A stretch of 64,000 nt of DNA from Cirrosporium novae-zelandiae (Eukaryota): positions 558,001-622,000 of the forward strand of contig JAPETS010000004.1 of the NCBI GenBank assembly GCA_026023565.1, in the 5' to 3' direction. The notes under the pieces were generated by a model. That model was not told the origin of the DNA and searched no databases. It worked only from the letters and a program-made list of their open reading frames with translations. Position numbers and translations under genes: made by a program. Below, piece by piece: positions 63,703 to 64,000 of this stretch (position 1 is the first letter of the stretch; each line of letters begins with the position of its first letter).

Positions 63703-64000
63703 TTACCATCGAACCGGCCGGTGTGTTGCGTACTGCATGCCACAAGACTCGGAGAGGTGGTTAGTCCGACCACAGTATTTGCATGAGGGGCAGTCGGTGC
63801 TTCGCCGTCTCTTGTGGCCCTGTTGGATACCAGGAGTATTCTTTAGGTCATAATTCGATCTTATGGCTTCCGAGGAAACCAAGGGTTTCTTCCTAATAAT
63901 TCTCCAGAATAGCATGGCATCCTCATAAATTGCCGAGAGCTGTAATGGTTCTTTCCCTTGTTGTTGTTCAAGTGATGCGCGTGCCAAAACATCCTCTGCT
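63703..64000 (-). CDS. 3' end of an ORF with a CCHC zinc knuckle (retrotransposon Gag-like), truncated by the window edge
   Basis: CKYCGRTNHLSESC fits CX2CX4HX4C and is preceded by basic HKRRR. The frame is open to the window end. Confidence 0.45.
   Translation of the reverse strand, partial: AEDVLARASLEQQQGKEPLQLSAIYEDAMLFWRIIRKKPLVSSEAIRSNYDLKNTPGIQQGHKRRRSTDCPSCKYCGRTNHLSESCGMQYATHRPVRW

Overview
Gene-dense eukaryotic DNA from a filamentous ascomycete (Pezizomycotina-type short GT-AG introns with CTRAC/CTAAT branch points). I can support 18 protein-coding genes, 2 Gag-like zinc-knuckle ORFs, one intron-containing tRNA-Thr(UGU), one intronic MITE and several microsatellite-rich intergenic zones. 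The protein-coding genes are: SHPRH/Irc20-like helicase, an 85-aa S/Y/G/N-rich microprotein absent from the ORF track, GH20 hexosaminidase, RAD16, RAD7, an amino-acid permease, a 7TM-like membrane protein, a Ser/Thr kinase, GGTase-I beta, a Chk2-like FHA kinase, MAK11, EAF1, SPP2, UTP13, an M28 aminopeptidase, CYM1 and two uncharacterised proteins. The most notable observations are: (1) RAD16 and RAD7, partners in one repair complex, lie head-to-head about 340 bp apart; (2) the RAD7 start codon appears to be created only by splicing a GC-AG intron; (3) a 221-bp TA-flanked MITE with 25-bp TIRs sits inside a permease intron; (4) the 3-exon microprotein has no L/I/V/F/W/E and carries 9-residue Tyr repeats; (5) an orphan ORF with three tandem Gag-type zinc knuckles is preceded by an intron-like sequence. 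All exon models were made by eye; no database searches were run.
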